DNA of 64,000 nucleotides from Nageia nagi (Eukaryota; Plantae; Pinophyta). Made by a program: the position numbers and the translations under genes. A model generated the notes under the pieces. The model had not been told where the DNA came from, searched no databases, and was given only the letters and a program-made list of their open reading frames with translations. Position 1 is the first letter of the stretch. Every line of letters starts with the position of its first letter. Shown piece after piece: positions 1 to 13,213 of the stretch. The stretch lies in contig JBITNC010000001.1 in NCBI GenBank assembly GCA_050084985.1, positions 130,324,001-130,388,000 of the forward strand, written 5' to 3'.

Positions 1-3000
1 TCTAAGTAGAATGATTGACCAATAATACTTTTGCAAGGAATCTTTGAATATGTACAAATTGATTTAACAAAGTAAAACTTTGACTATATATAGATTAACT
101 CAATCTATCTGATAAGTTTTATATAATAATGATCTTCGTTTATAAATAAAACTCACTATATACATTTTTCCCAAAACAATCCTACCAGTTAATGTGAGGT
201 GGATTATACATCTCTAATTGTTTGTAGGATTTTGGAAGAGAAATATTTGGTCCTGCATACCAAGATTTGTTGTGAAGCTTAGGTTTATTGGTTGATGAGA
301 GAGACAAAACAAGAATAAGGTACATATATCTTTAATACTTTTCTTTCATTTTCCTCTATGATAAGTTAGATATACATATACACTTCCTCAACATGATATA
401 AGTGTTTCTAAGATATTCATTTTACAAGAATAATCAATAGGGATCCACCAAATTCACCTTAAAAATGTTGTGGGAAATGTACCACTAAGCATGCCAAATT
501 TATTTATTATTATGGTGTAATTGTATGTCATGAGGATACCACTGAACCAACATTGGATGGACTTTATTTGACCTCTAATTTATAGGTTGACTTTTGCTCC
601 AATTAAGCAATAGACTATCCTCCATTTGGTAGGATGATCCATCTATCTAAGGTTAAAAGTTGCAAAAAAAGTAAAATAAAAATAGTAAATGAGTAGGATT
701 TAAGAAAGAAAAAGGGGAGATTGGATCAAATCAAAACCATGGGGAAGTAATACCTAACATATAAAGCATTATATTCATGCAACCATCAACTTGCAACTAG
801 CCAGCAAGGCTAAATGAGCTCAAACACTCAACCCCAACCATCATAAAAATAGGAAAAATATGTCACATGCAACCATTTAAGAGAACCAAAGCACAAGCAT
901 TGAATCAAAATGGAAAAATAACCTATCTTGGTATTAGTATTGGAAATTATTTACACTTGAATGGGTAACCCACTTAAATACATTAATGAAACTGGTATTT
1001 ATAATACATGAGTGAGTCTATAAAATAAATGATAAGGAATCATAGTTATCTAACTTCTACATAAAGAAAATAAATCTAGCAATCATGGTCATACTATCTT
1101 CACAAATTAATTCATATGAATATGCTATTAATCCTGGTAAAAATTCAATTCCTAAGTAAAATTACAATATTTATAAGTAAACTTATTTGATAAATTTTAC
1201 AATACTGATTAGGTAGGTGAAATAACATTTTAGCTAAGTGAATACACGATTAAACTTTCCTTATTAATTATTCACCATGTTTCATTACATTAAATATTTG
1301 ATTTGTTAGTAATCTATCAACATCCATAATTTATGTTGACAACTATTATCACTTTCGAATTTCCAATGTACTCAAGCATTAATGTAACCTAGTACAAATA
1401 TCCTTTATTTATTAGTGATAACCTTATGCCATGTGGAATATGTTGATATCAACATGTAAGAACAAGCTCAAAAGAACAATATTGTGAGAAGAAAGCCATT
1501 TTGGAGTTGGAGGAGCCCATACTCTATTAAAGGTCACCATTGATTCTTCTTAGATTTGGTATTGATAGAATATTGAAAACATCCTATAGCTATAGATATT
1601 TGTATTAATGTAGTTTTATTGGAAGCTTCATCAGTATTATGGGTAGATTTTATGAATGTCCTTCAACTACTCTTGTTGCACACTCCAATCTCTTTTTGCT
1701 ATAGTTGCATATTTATTGTATATGAAGAATGAGCATTTCTCGTGTTGAAGCAAAATTGGGATAATGGAAATCAACTACAAATTGACACTACATATAGATA
1801 GCCTCCATTACTTAATGATCTCGATTACAATGGGAAGTCTCAAGAATTAATATTTTATAACTTGATCACAAACCAATATTATCATACTATATATGCATTG
1901 ATTACAAAATTAGAACTAATGATGTGTGTCTTAATGTATATGGTTACTTACCCCTAAATGATTAAGGATCAATATGAAAATATATACTAAGACTAAGATA
2001 TTAAATACTAAATTCATGATAGATATTAGAATGACAAAGGTAATAACAAACTATATTCAAGATATGGGTTAGATTCGATATGATGAAGGCAAATGAAGCA
2101 ATGCAAGAGATATAGTGCTAAGAGAAATATGGCACTAGTCACCATACATCTCCTCTGTAGACTTAAACTACTATTACTATTTCTTCTCATGACACACATT
2201 TTCTTATTCTAATATACTTATGGTCCAAGTTTTTCACCATATCTTCAATACCTTTTGACCAAAGATATATGAGGCTTACCATTTTTTATTTTTAAAATAC
2301 TCATATTTTTACAATCTTTCATACTTGATTATTGGGTGCTTATGTCTACACAATCATACCTCAAGATTGCTAATTTTTGTATTTCAAGATGATAATCCTC
2401 ATATTATAGATAACTACAATCTCAACATCTTTAACTAATCAAATAGGCATCAATTTATTATGGAATTTCAATCTTCATGAAAGCTTTCTTATATGATTGA
2501 AGCATGCCACATATTCTTTAACTCACTAAAATGTGATTTAATGAAGCTTGTTGATACATTTAAAACATATACCTAGGTGTATGCCTTTGTTTTTTTTTTG
2601 TGTGATTTTTCTTCAACCAAAATCTATACCCTTTTGTGGATAAACTATACTTACTACATACCATTAAATTATAATTTTATGAAGTTTTCTGATAAACAAC
2701 CCATGTGCATTCTTCATGTTGTATAACTATTAGTTTTGGCATATATCCTATTCCTCATTTCTCTTATCCGACTATTGTGTAGGAACTATGTAAAGCTAAT
2801 GAACATATTGTAAAATTTGAGAGGGTGAATTGATTTGGTTGAACACTACTACTCCATAGGATATAATTATCAATAACTAGGAACCATGAGCTAGGGTGAT
2901 AAGATACCCAAGGATGAGATAACCACATCTATCACATGCTGGAATGATGCCACATTGGCCGAGGCTCAATGATAAAACCTTTAATGGAATTATTTCAGAA

Positions 3001-3849
3001 TGTTGGATGTGCATCATGTTTTCAACTTTATGAGCCTACTAAAAGAAATATTTTCCATTTTCATACATTATCCCCACTCATACATTATTACTGATATATC
3101 ACTTTAGAAAATAATTCCTAGGTCTTTTCTAAATATTGGCTATGCAATGAATATTAGTTTTAACAACCAAGAGTGAAGATGCTGCTTTCTAGTCCTAATA
3201 CAACATATATTCAATTGTAGAGTATAAATATATCATTACTTTTTATAAAACTACATTTAGATGAAGAATATTATCAAACCATTTACATGGCTTCATTGTA
3301 CCTTTATATCAATAAATGTAGGTATCAAATTTAGCAGATACCTAGCTCTTTTCATCTCAGTGTTCTTAATCTTTAGGCTTTATCCAATTATGCATGCCCC
3401 CAAAATATCAACAATGCATGTGAATGATTTATCCCAAGATGTGCTCATGATATTAAAATTTTTATGATATTCAACCACTAGACTGCACTATCTAATATAA
3501 TCCCTAGATAAAATATTATATTTGATAATTTCATTGGAGTAAATGTCTAGCTCCCAAATAAAACTATAGTGAAGAGTTAGATATAATTTATATCATATGC
3601 AGTTTTTAGAATAGCTCAAAATATTTATAATGATACTAAATATTCACATAAGTAAATATTTATACAAATTATTAAAAATGTAGATGATAATCTTATATTT
3701 TCATATAACATATGGGATCTTCCTCTACATATACTAGCTCATAAGTATTGTAGTTATATTAAGGCTAAATTGTATCATTTTCTTTATTACTATCCCCCTC
3801 CATTTTTTATTCCTCTATATATTCTATTGTATTATCCTATGGAGAAGAA

Positions 3850-5031
3850 GGTATATTGAATTTATATTGTTCATCATCCACTTTATTATCCATTAGATCA
3901 AAGGCTTCAACATTTTGAGACTCCTCTTTTTCACCCTCATTTAGTTGTGAGGTCATATGTTACCCCACCTTATCTTTCTCCTTTGGAGAAGGGATATCAA
4001 AATTTCTTGAATCATCTTTGAAATCCTTATTTAGCTGCAAGGCCACCTCATCAAGATTAACATCTTCAAGTTGGTGGGGGTTTTCCATATGTTTTAAAAA
4101 TTTCTTGAAAACTCAAAACTCTTATGACCCTCATTTTTCTAAATTTATTTACTATGTTGGGATCCAATTTTGTTACTCTCAAGCAAAGGAGTGGGGTAGG
4201 GTCTCTTTTTCCTAATTTTTCCTTTTAGTGTGAATTTTCCCACATCCTTAACTACTACCTTTCTTTTCATAAGCTAAGAAACATGCTTCTTAGCACTTTT
4301 ATCTTGACCCTCAATTTGAATTTATTTTTTCTTAGTCTAGGATAATATATTATAGTTATTACCTTCCCCTACTAGAATACAATTTGAAGCTTGAGGGACT
4401 ACTAATTTTGCATCAAGTTGGAAAGTAACATCACCTTATAAATTAATGTAATTAACCCTTAATGTCTAGGTTCCTCCCATTTTCCCTAGCAAACATTCTC
4501 AGTGGAGTGGAAGAGAGAGTCAAATAGGAATGCCACAATATTAAGGTTTCACTCTTCCTAATTTCTTCCCCAATAAAAGTAATGAAAAAATAGGAAATGA
4601 GGACCAAATAAAATATAGTACCTTCCATCGAACAAGAAATATTTAATTACCTAACTTATCATTATGTCCCATGGAACAAGTAATTTATCCCTGTTCTACC
4701 CATATACCTCCACCAATTGTTATTCTTAATTATGAAGTACATCAATCTCATGAGGCTTCACTTTCTTATTTATTATAAAGCCATATCATTTAGTGTTCAA
4801 TTAATAAAACTCAACAACTTCCTCTATTCAAAGAAGTTGATTTGAATAGAGCCAACTCAAGATATCTCATCATCCCAACCAACCACTATCCTTTTCCATA
4901 TAGCTAGAATGTATCTCATACATCATTTTAGAAAACTCCTTACACTACCCTTATTCAAGAATTTCTAGTAGGTTCTATCATCTTTCACTTCCTTGCAACT
5001 AATTAGTTTGACCCTGTATGCATGCCCTATT
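3850..5031 (-). pseudogene. Degenerate retroelement-associated accessory ORF, copy 1
   Basis: Paralog of 6982-7794; reads ...PWD.MIS(W)VIKYFLFDGRYYILFGPHFLF... with many stops. Left boundary approximate. Confidence 0.5.
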
Positions 5032-5255
5032 TTTATCACTTCAATTTGCTCCTAAATAATTTCTAAAATGATGTTGGAAGCTACAAAAAATGATCCAAGG
5101 TTTCAATAGCAAATTAAATTTTAAAGTATGATTTTATTTATGACACCTCATCACATCAAAGGAAGTAATCACTTGGGGGATCTTTCCATTTATTGTGAAG
5201 TATGAGTGAGATATCATCCACCCCAAAAGTAGATTTTCACTACATGGGCTCATAA

Positions 5256-6147
5256 CATGGGGGGGTCTATCAATAGAAAATAGTAAATAACATGTGAGTG
5301 CTACTAGGGGTTATTTTCAATATCAACATGAAGTATCAGTATATCAGTACATATTTTATAAAACAGGGGTAGGGGTTTGTACATAGGGGGAGGGGTTATC
5401 GAGGGTGGGGGGTTACCAGGAGTGGTTATTGAGGGGGGGCATATGTGTTGGATGGTATATGATGATATTATTATTTTATTTCTCTTCAATTTTATTATTT
5501 TAAAATAATTAAAATATTAGTATTATTTTACTATCAAATACTATCCAACATATTAAATTAATTAATTAATTGATCTTTTTATGAATTTATATTAATTAAT
5601 ATTAAATCAATAAAATTAAAATATCCAAACATACTATGCCCTTGGTTTTAAATGTAAAATATATTAATGTCCATGGGTGATCAAAAGCAAGCAATGGAAT
5701 TGAAGTTTACAAGAATGATAAAGTAGCAAGCAAGGTCCAAGTGTACAATATCTAGCTAAAGAAGAATATAATATAGTCATGGATGGTTAAAAAGATATCA
5801 CATTAAGCTTAGATAAAGAGTGCCAAGCTAATATTGATAAAATATGAGAGGTGTAACCTTCTTGTCTTTGAGGCTTGCATCCAAGTCGACTTTGCTAGTA
5901 TTGAAAGAAATATTATACATTGATGAAATAGTAAAATGACTAAGAGGTAGTTAAAATTTATTTAATTTAAGTTTTTTGGAAAAATGGTAAGTTTTAAAAA
6001 GGGATTATTAATTATTATGTAGGGGTTTACCATGAGGGTTTTAAAAAAATAAAATGAGAGGTGGTAAATTTAAAAAATAAAGGTTTTTTTTAATAAGCCC
6101 ATGCACACACATGTTTTGAGACCTTTATATTAAGATACCCCCTTGTG
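5256..6147. mobile_element. Non-autonomous hAT element / MITE (892 bp)
   Basis: 8-bp TSD GCTCATAA (5248-5255 and 6148-6155). Imperfect 20-bp TIRs CATGGGGGGGTCTATCAATA / TATTAAGATACCCCCTTGTG. Subterminal GGGGTTA-type repeats at 5306-5430. Absent from the duplicate unit at ~8015-8025. Confidence 0.85.
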
Positions 6148-6155
6148 GCTCATAA

Positions 6156-6981
6156 TGAGATTTTATGCAAGGCTTTGGTACCACCTTCAACCTTAGGTAT
6201 TCCTTGTAAGTCAAGCCTAGTCAACATTTCAATCACATCCAAATCCTTATTAGGTTCCACATGAAGACATATAACTACATTCTCCTTAAGCGCATTTAGA
6301 TCTTTTTTTAGGGATCTAGTTGCAATTTTGCTACATTCTTTGAAGATTTGAGCACTCCTTTCTTACTATATACTCCAACATACATGAAAAATAATCATAC
6401 TCAAAAATTAGTTTATCTTTTTTTTCCCACCCATAAAATCCCATTGCTAAATGAAATTTGCAAGGGAATAAGGTTTAATCCATTGAATATTCACTTTTGT
6501 AAGAATTATTTCCCAAATCGAACTTGAGTACTCATAGTATACTAATAAACGATCCACAAACTCTTCTTCCTTCTTACTGAATATGCATCAATTGGGAATA
6601 TCATACCCTTTTTTCTTATATTATCATTTGTATGGATTATGTTAAGAGTAGCAACCTACATGAAATAAGTAATTTTTGGGATCATGCATTTTAGCTACAC
6701 TTTTTTATCATAATCTAACTTGTTTATCCTTTCCATTTTTGTTTATCCAATTAAGTCCTATGCTCACAAAGTACTCCTTCCCTCATTTTGGTCTATCAAA
6801 AATAAAGTATTAGGTTTTTTTGTACTATATATTTTGTAATCTATAATTTTTCTAATAATTTACTCCAATTTTCCCTCTATTGCTATGTTTGGAGCTAGGG
6901 GAATTGGTCACTCCACCAAATCACCATTCTAATGGGTATAATCTTTGACCATTGTAAAAATAGTGAGTTTAGCCCAATATC
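6156..6981 (-). mobile_element. LINE (L1-like) ORF2 C-terminal fragment with zf-RVT region, copy 1
   Basis: Minus strand reads KKV*LKCMIPKITYFM*VATLNIIHTNDNIRKKGYDIPN*CIFSKKEEEFVDRLLVYYEYSSSIWE. This matches the plant L1 pattern W..IPKI..F.W..T.DNL.KRG..P..C..C..EE.VDHLL..C..S..IW; stops fall at expected W/R codons. Confidence 0.8.
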
Positions 6982-7794
6982 TTTTTCCTAATTTTTCTTT
7001 TTTATGGGTATTTTCTCGTATCTTTAACCATTTCCTTTCATGTATCGAGCAACATTCTTCTTAACTCTTTCAACATGATCCTCAACTTGAATTTTCCTTT
7101 TCTCATTCTAGGATGCTACATTATTATAATTATTTCCTTCCTCTATTGGACTACAATTAGGAGCCTAAGGGGCCACCAATTTTATAACAAGTTGGGAACA
7201 AGCCATCACCTTATACGTTAATGCAATTAACCATTGATTTCTAAGTTCCTCCCATTTTCCATTGCAAACATTCTCAATGGAGTGGCAAAAAGAGTCAGAT
7301 AAGAATACCACAATATTAAGCTTCCTTTCTTTTTATTTTTTTCCCCAACAAAAATGATTGAGAAATAGGAGATGGGGACCAAAGAAAATAAAGTATCTTT
7401 TATCAAGTAAGAAATACTGAATTACCCAACTCATCATTCTATCCCATGGAGCAAATGATTTCTCCCTAGCATACCCATATCCCTCCTTCACCAATTCTTC
7501 TCCTTTATTAAAAATATTTTCGATATCATGAAGCTTCACTTTCTTATTTCTTTGAAATTCATGCTCTTCAATGTTCAATTGAGAAACCTCAATAATTTCC
7601 TATATAAAGAAGTTAGTTTGAATAGAGCTCTCATCCTCCCATCTAGCCATCACCTTTTTCGACATAGCCAAAATATATCTCATATATCAATTTAGAAAAC
7701 TCACTACACCATACTTCTTTAGGAATTTCTAGTATGCTCCATCATGTTTCACTTTGCTACAACTACTTAGTTCGACCCTCCATGCATAACCCAT
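6982..7794 (-). pseudogene. Degenerate retroelement-associated accessory ORF, copy 2
   Basis: ORF-track pieces 7729-7941 (MGYAWRVELSSC...) and 7333-7578 (...APWDRMMSWVIQYFLLDKRYFIFFGPHLLFLNHF). From memory these resemble hypothetical repeat-encoded gymnosperm proteins; not searched. Confidence 0.5.
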
Positions 7795-8021
7795 TATTAT
7801 CACTCTGATTTTCTCTTGAATAATTTCCAAAATGATGTTGCGAGTTGCCAAATTATTAGCCAAGCTCACAATTCCGTACAAATTAAATTTTGAAGTACAA
7901 TTTCTCTTGTCCCACCTTGTCACATCAAAGGCATTAATCACTTAGGGGGTCTTTTATTTATTATGAAGTATGAGTGAGATATCATGCACCCCCTAAGTAC
8001 ATTTCCTCTACATCGATTTGT

Positions 8022-8840
8022 GATGAGATTTTGTCATATCCTCTAGAGATACCTTAAACCTCAATGAGCCCTCTAAATTGAGCCTAGACAACATTTCAAT
8101 CACACCAAAATCCTTATTAGGATCCACATGAATATAGACAACTACATTATCCTTAGCTACATTTAAACCTTTTGTTAGGGTTTTAGCTACAATTTGGCTA
8201 CATTATTTGAAGATCTTAGCATTCCTTTCTTTTAATATACTCCAACATACATGAGAAAGAATCATACTCCAAATTTCTTTTTTCTTGTTTTTCCCAACCC
8301 CAGAATCCTATTTCTTAATAAAATTTACAAGGGGATTAGGTTTGACCCATTGAATATCCACTTTTGTAAGAATTATTTCCCAAATCTAACTCGAATACTC
8401 ATAATGTAGTAATAAATGATCCATAAACTCTACTTCCTTCTTGTACAATATAAACCAATTTTGGAAGATCGTATATTTTTTTCTTAAATTTTTATTTGTG
8501 TAGATTTTGTTGAGAGCAACAACCTATAAGAAATTTTGAGGATTAAAAATTTTAGCCAAAATTTTTTCCATGATCCAACTTGTTTATCCTTTTCATTTTT
8601 GTCTAGCCAATTATACCCTATGCTCACAAAGTACTCCTCTTTTTTGGGTTCATCCAAAATAGAGTATCATGTTTCTCCATATCATATATTTTGAGATTTG
8701 CCACTTTTCTTCTAATTGACTCTAATTTAGCCTTTATTTCTATATTTGGAGTTAGGGGAATTGATTAATCCACCAAATCACCATTCTTCTTGATATAATC
8801 TTTGACCTTTGTACCAATATTGAGTTTAACCCAATATTTT
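8022..8840 (-). mobile_element. LINE ORF2 C-terminal fragment with zf-RVT region, copy 2
   Basis: Paralog of 6156-6981; reads KKEVEFMDHLLLHYEYSS*IWE around 8380-8445. Confidence 0.8.
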
Positions 8841-11800
8841 AGAATATAATTACATCATACTAAAATATTATGCACATAATTACAAAATAAATATATTCAT
8901 TGATAATATTTCTTTTAATATAATATTATCTATTCTCATTTAATATCATCCATTATCATTTAATATCTTGTTATATCATTTAATGTTATTAAAACAATTT
9001 ACTTTAAGAGAATAAAAATATATGGTTAAGATGTATAAATGTGTAAAGAAATATAATTAGATTTTAATAAATTAATTTAGTTTAATTTTGATATTAAAAT
9101 TGATAACTATATTCAAATCTTTAAAATTTAGTAAATTATTCATTTAATAAAATATTTTAAATTAAAATATAATAATCATAATTTCTTTAAGATCTTAGAA
9201 TATCTACACATATAAGAATATAAGAAGTTGTATACAATAAGTGTACATATTCTTATTGAACCCATCTAGAGCCATTCATTATTTATTTTAAAGTTTCAAA
9301 TAAACTTTCACCAAAAACCATTAGGAAAATGTTTAGTTGAATCAATTTTAAAAATTCATGCTTATATTCCTACAAGTGCCTTACTTATCTCTATTATCAA
9401 GAGACATAAAAGAAAATGCTACACAGGTTCTTAGGATTTCCTAGTAAGGTTGAATTTGATGGCAATAAATTTTTAAAATTGTAAGTAAGCTTCGAACTCC
9501 TAAAAATGCCAAGATTAATGCACACACCTTTTTATTTTACACGTGCATTCATAGACATTCTTATAGATTAATAAAACAATGTCAAATATTGCATTTTGAT
9601 GAGAAAGGTTTACTACGCAACAACAATTGAATACATTAACATTAGTTAGAATATATTTTACCCTATCATTCATTACGTTGGATCATAGTACAACTTTTGG
9701 TGTTTATATACCATAGATGACGTGTAAGGTATACTATATTTGATGTTGATGGGAATTAATAATGTATTTTATTATTATATTCAAGTTAGATTGTTGGGTA
9801 GTAAAAGTTTTTAACTATTAGCAAACTTCTTAAACTATTGGAAGGCTTCTAAAGATATTATTAAAACAAATCAACTCACTTTTCAAGAGATTGGGATGTC
9901 ATTTGTAATAGAAAATGAAGATTTTATTTATTTTTCTTCACTAAAAGGTCATAAGTATTTTTATTGAACTACAATGGAATATTAATGGAAGGGTTTTCTA
10001 TATATTGCAAATCTTAGAATGTTTCAAATGAATTTATCAATATAAGTTTTGGAATCTTTTATAAAATAATGCTATTTTAGAGGTTAAACGAGGTGCTTAC
10101 TTGGAAAAGAGGGGACTTCAATCGATAGTGGCTCTTTAAGTTCAGCTCCTTTCAACCCTCTCAAAAACCTCTTGCAATACCTTCTTTATGAACTATATTT
10201 GAACTACAATTTAAAATGAATTAATAATGATTTAAATGGTAAAATACATTATAAGATACACTTAATTAGTTAAAATTATCATCTTTAATATATTTTGTAA
10301 ATTCAAAATAATTCTTAATATTTATTAACTATTAAACATTATATGTTTATTTTAAATTTATTTTTTTATTAATTATTTTAAAAATTTGAGAGATAATATT
10401 TTAAAATTAAAAATATTTTCTTATGAATTTCGTCCATATACTTTAATAATAATATTTTTTGATATATAAACAAACACAAAGATAACTTTAAAATATACAA
10501 GTGAAGATGATGGAATACAACTTATTTTTAATAAGAACTTCATCCATGCACACTAATTTTATAACCAAAATAAGATATGAGATGAATATATTATAGAAAA
10601 TGAGATTTCTCCAAACAAATATCAACCTTAAAATAATTAAGGTCAACTAAATTAATATAAAACATCCAAATTATATCTTCCAAGTTAAATACATCAATTT
10701 TAATTCACATGCAATGATATCTAGACATTTTTAATGCTACAAGATTAAGATTTATATTTAAGATATTTTATATGTACTTGGATACTTGTATATTGGCAAT
10801 GCTTATCAAGCAATGGATTTGGAATACTTATAATTCTACTATCAATAAATGAGACAATTCAATTTAGAGGATACTTATAAAATAAAAAATATGCACATAA
10901 GGGATATTAAAGTGAGGCTACATTCACCATAAGAAATTATGATATTACATAATAAGCTTTTATCTTATAGAAATATAGAAGTGGAGAGAGGGGAAGAGGA
11001 GAGTGAAGTTCCTCCATGCAATATAGGGGGATCCTTAAGTGCTCGATATATGCTTGATCATGATGGAAACTATTCACTCCATCCTCCATAATGAAAGGGG
11101 ATATTTATTTTCATTCTAGAAGCACATATTGTATTATGCAACCTCACATAATATCATTATATATGGGATAAATGCATCCTTATGAATATATACTTAACAT
11201 GAACATCTTTAGTTACAAGAATGGGAGGAATGTATCATGTGTCATGTTTCTAAAAGTTTAGGCATGGTGGCATATAGCCATAAGAAAACTAAAGGAACTC
11301 CCATCTTATGCCTGCATTGCACTATATAATGTCCCATGGGTAACATAGTGAAATCATATGCATAAACCTAAATAAAGATTATTATGTATCAACTATGAGA
11401 TGATGGGATCTCATAAACATTCTTACCTCATTCTTACTCTCTTCCTCAGTACCCCTAACCCTCCTCATATTTATTTTACCTACCCTCTTTCTTAGAAGTA
11501 TCCCTAATTCTCCAAATGACTCGCAAACATTAATATCAAAATAAATTGAATTACTAACACACTAGTTAATCATCTCTAACATCCTCTCATCATCATCCCT
11601 GCCTTAACTACCACCGTCCTCTTAATCATCACCTACCTCTTGATCTCTCATCCTCCTCTGCTTTCTTATTATCCTTTTTTACCTCTGCATACTCATGCAT
11701 AATCAGAAAAGGTTGTCATAGCCATTGTTAATATCCTTCCTTTAGATTGTATTTTTTATTTTATTTTATTTTTCTTAAGCTTTTCTTGTTATTTATTTTT

Positions 11801-13213
11801 TTCATTTATTGATTACTTTATATTTCTTAACTTTTTGTTTGTTTCCATTGTAAGAAATACTAATGAATTTTTAACATCTGGTTGTAAACATTATTTCATA
11901 GGCTCATTGATGTGAGAAATAGATCATCTCCTTACAACAAGCAATGGTCCAGGAGGAGTATTCTTCTTATATTTTAAGTTCAAATATTGTAACAATAAAT
12001 TCAAGTGAGGTTGAATTTTTAAATAATATTTGGAAATTGGTTAAAAATTAACATATTAATGTTGTTGGTGTTGGCATGTTTAATGCATTTGTTATTTCTT
12101 TCAATTTAATTAGAAGACCTTTCTTTACCAATACTTTCAAAAAGTTATAGAATTTAGTAAAGGATATATGCTTTCTCATTAACATTCAATCTCTAGATAC
12201 AATAGAATGTGAAGAAAACTTATACCCACTTCTTAATTAACTATGTATATTAAAAAAATATGTTTATATTTAGTTCTATAAAAAAGGTAAAGGTAAATTA
12301 TATTAACATCCATTGGAGACCAATTGGTCTATGGGATAGCCAACTGTAGCAGGTCATTACATAGTATGTATGTCTCGTAATGAGAATAGGACATAGAACA
12401 AAAATCACAATAAAATCAATGCATAAACAACTCAACCAACAACTGAAACATACATAAAATCAACAATTATTATTTAGAAACTAATTATAAATCTTCATTA
12501 CTTCCTCGTACATTCATATTAATTTAAACTTAAAAAAAATACTAACGTATATTTTTTACACCACATAAAAATTATTTAAGTTTCAAATTAGGTAGTGCAA
12601 CGTAGCTAAGTATTGTACGGCCATTAGTGGTTTTATATTGTAACTTGAATAAAATAAAAAATTGTGTTTGAATAAAGTAAATCTGAGAGCAAATATTGTA
12701 TGTTTGTAAAATTTTAATAAATTAATCGACGGGAATAGTACTATAGACGACCATTTGACCGTCCAACTTCAATCACCTTCCCATTATCTTTTGTCTTTTT
12801 CTCATTATCTTTGTCTTTTTCTATGCGGTGTATAAATACTTGGGAGATCATTATCGGAAGATATCGAGAATCAAACCATTTTATACTCCGCGACGAATCA
12901 TTTCGGAGACTCGACAGTTGCCTACGGTTTAAGCAAATATTTTTTGATCAATTAAAAAACTGTCTCAACCGGTGTAAAAGTAGTGGTTCCTCCGATTTCC
13001 ATCAGAGTGATAAACTTCCTTGATGGATTTTCTTGCTTGGTTCCCTTTGTTTCTTTACTTTTATCATATCCTCACTTCAAATTTTTAAGTATCCATACAC
13101 TAATTCCGTAACATATGAGATGAATATAATATCGAAAAGAGATTTCTCCAAACATAGTGAAATTTACTGGCTAAAAGGATGATAAAACTCGAATGAGAAG
13201 GGAGAAAAGGTAC

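Larger units (their letters stand above)
4205..8840. repeat. Diverged tandem duplication: unit 1 4205-6981 (includes a MITE), unit 2 6982-8840
   Basis: Colinear matches: ttcctcccattttcc..gcaaacattctc at ~4471 and ~7246; ttatgaagtatgagtgagatatcat-like at ~5193 and ~7961; tccttattagg..ccacatgaa at ~6244 and ~8111; ccaccaaatcaccattct at ~6913 and ~8770. Confidence 0.9.

Noticed and set aside
1441-1454. Perfect palindrome TGTTGATATCAACA; also AGACCAATTGGTCT at 12320-12333
   Set aside because: No associated TSD, Helitron CTRR end or extended hairpin.
1-3800. Retroelement-like degenerate sequence
   Set aside because: Probably old LINE/LTR debris, but no motif could be read with confidence.
5304-5489. 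Proline-rich ORF
   Set aside because: Translation of the G-rich subterminal repeats of the MITE.
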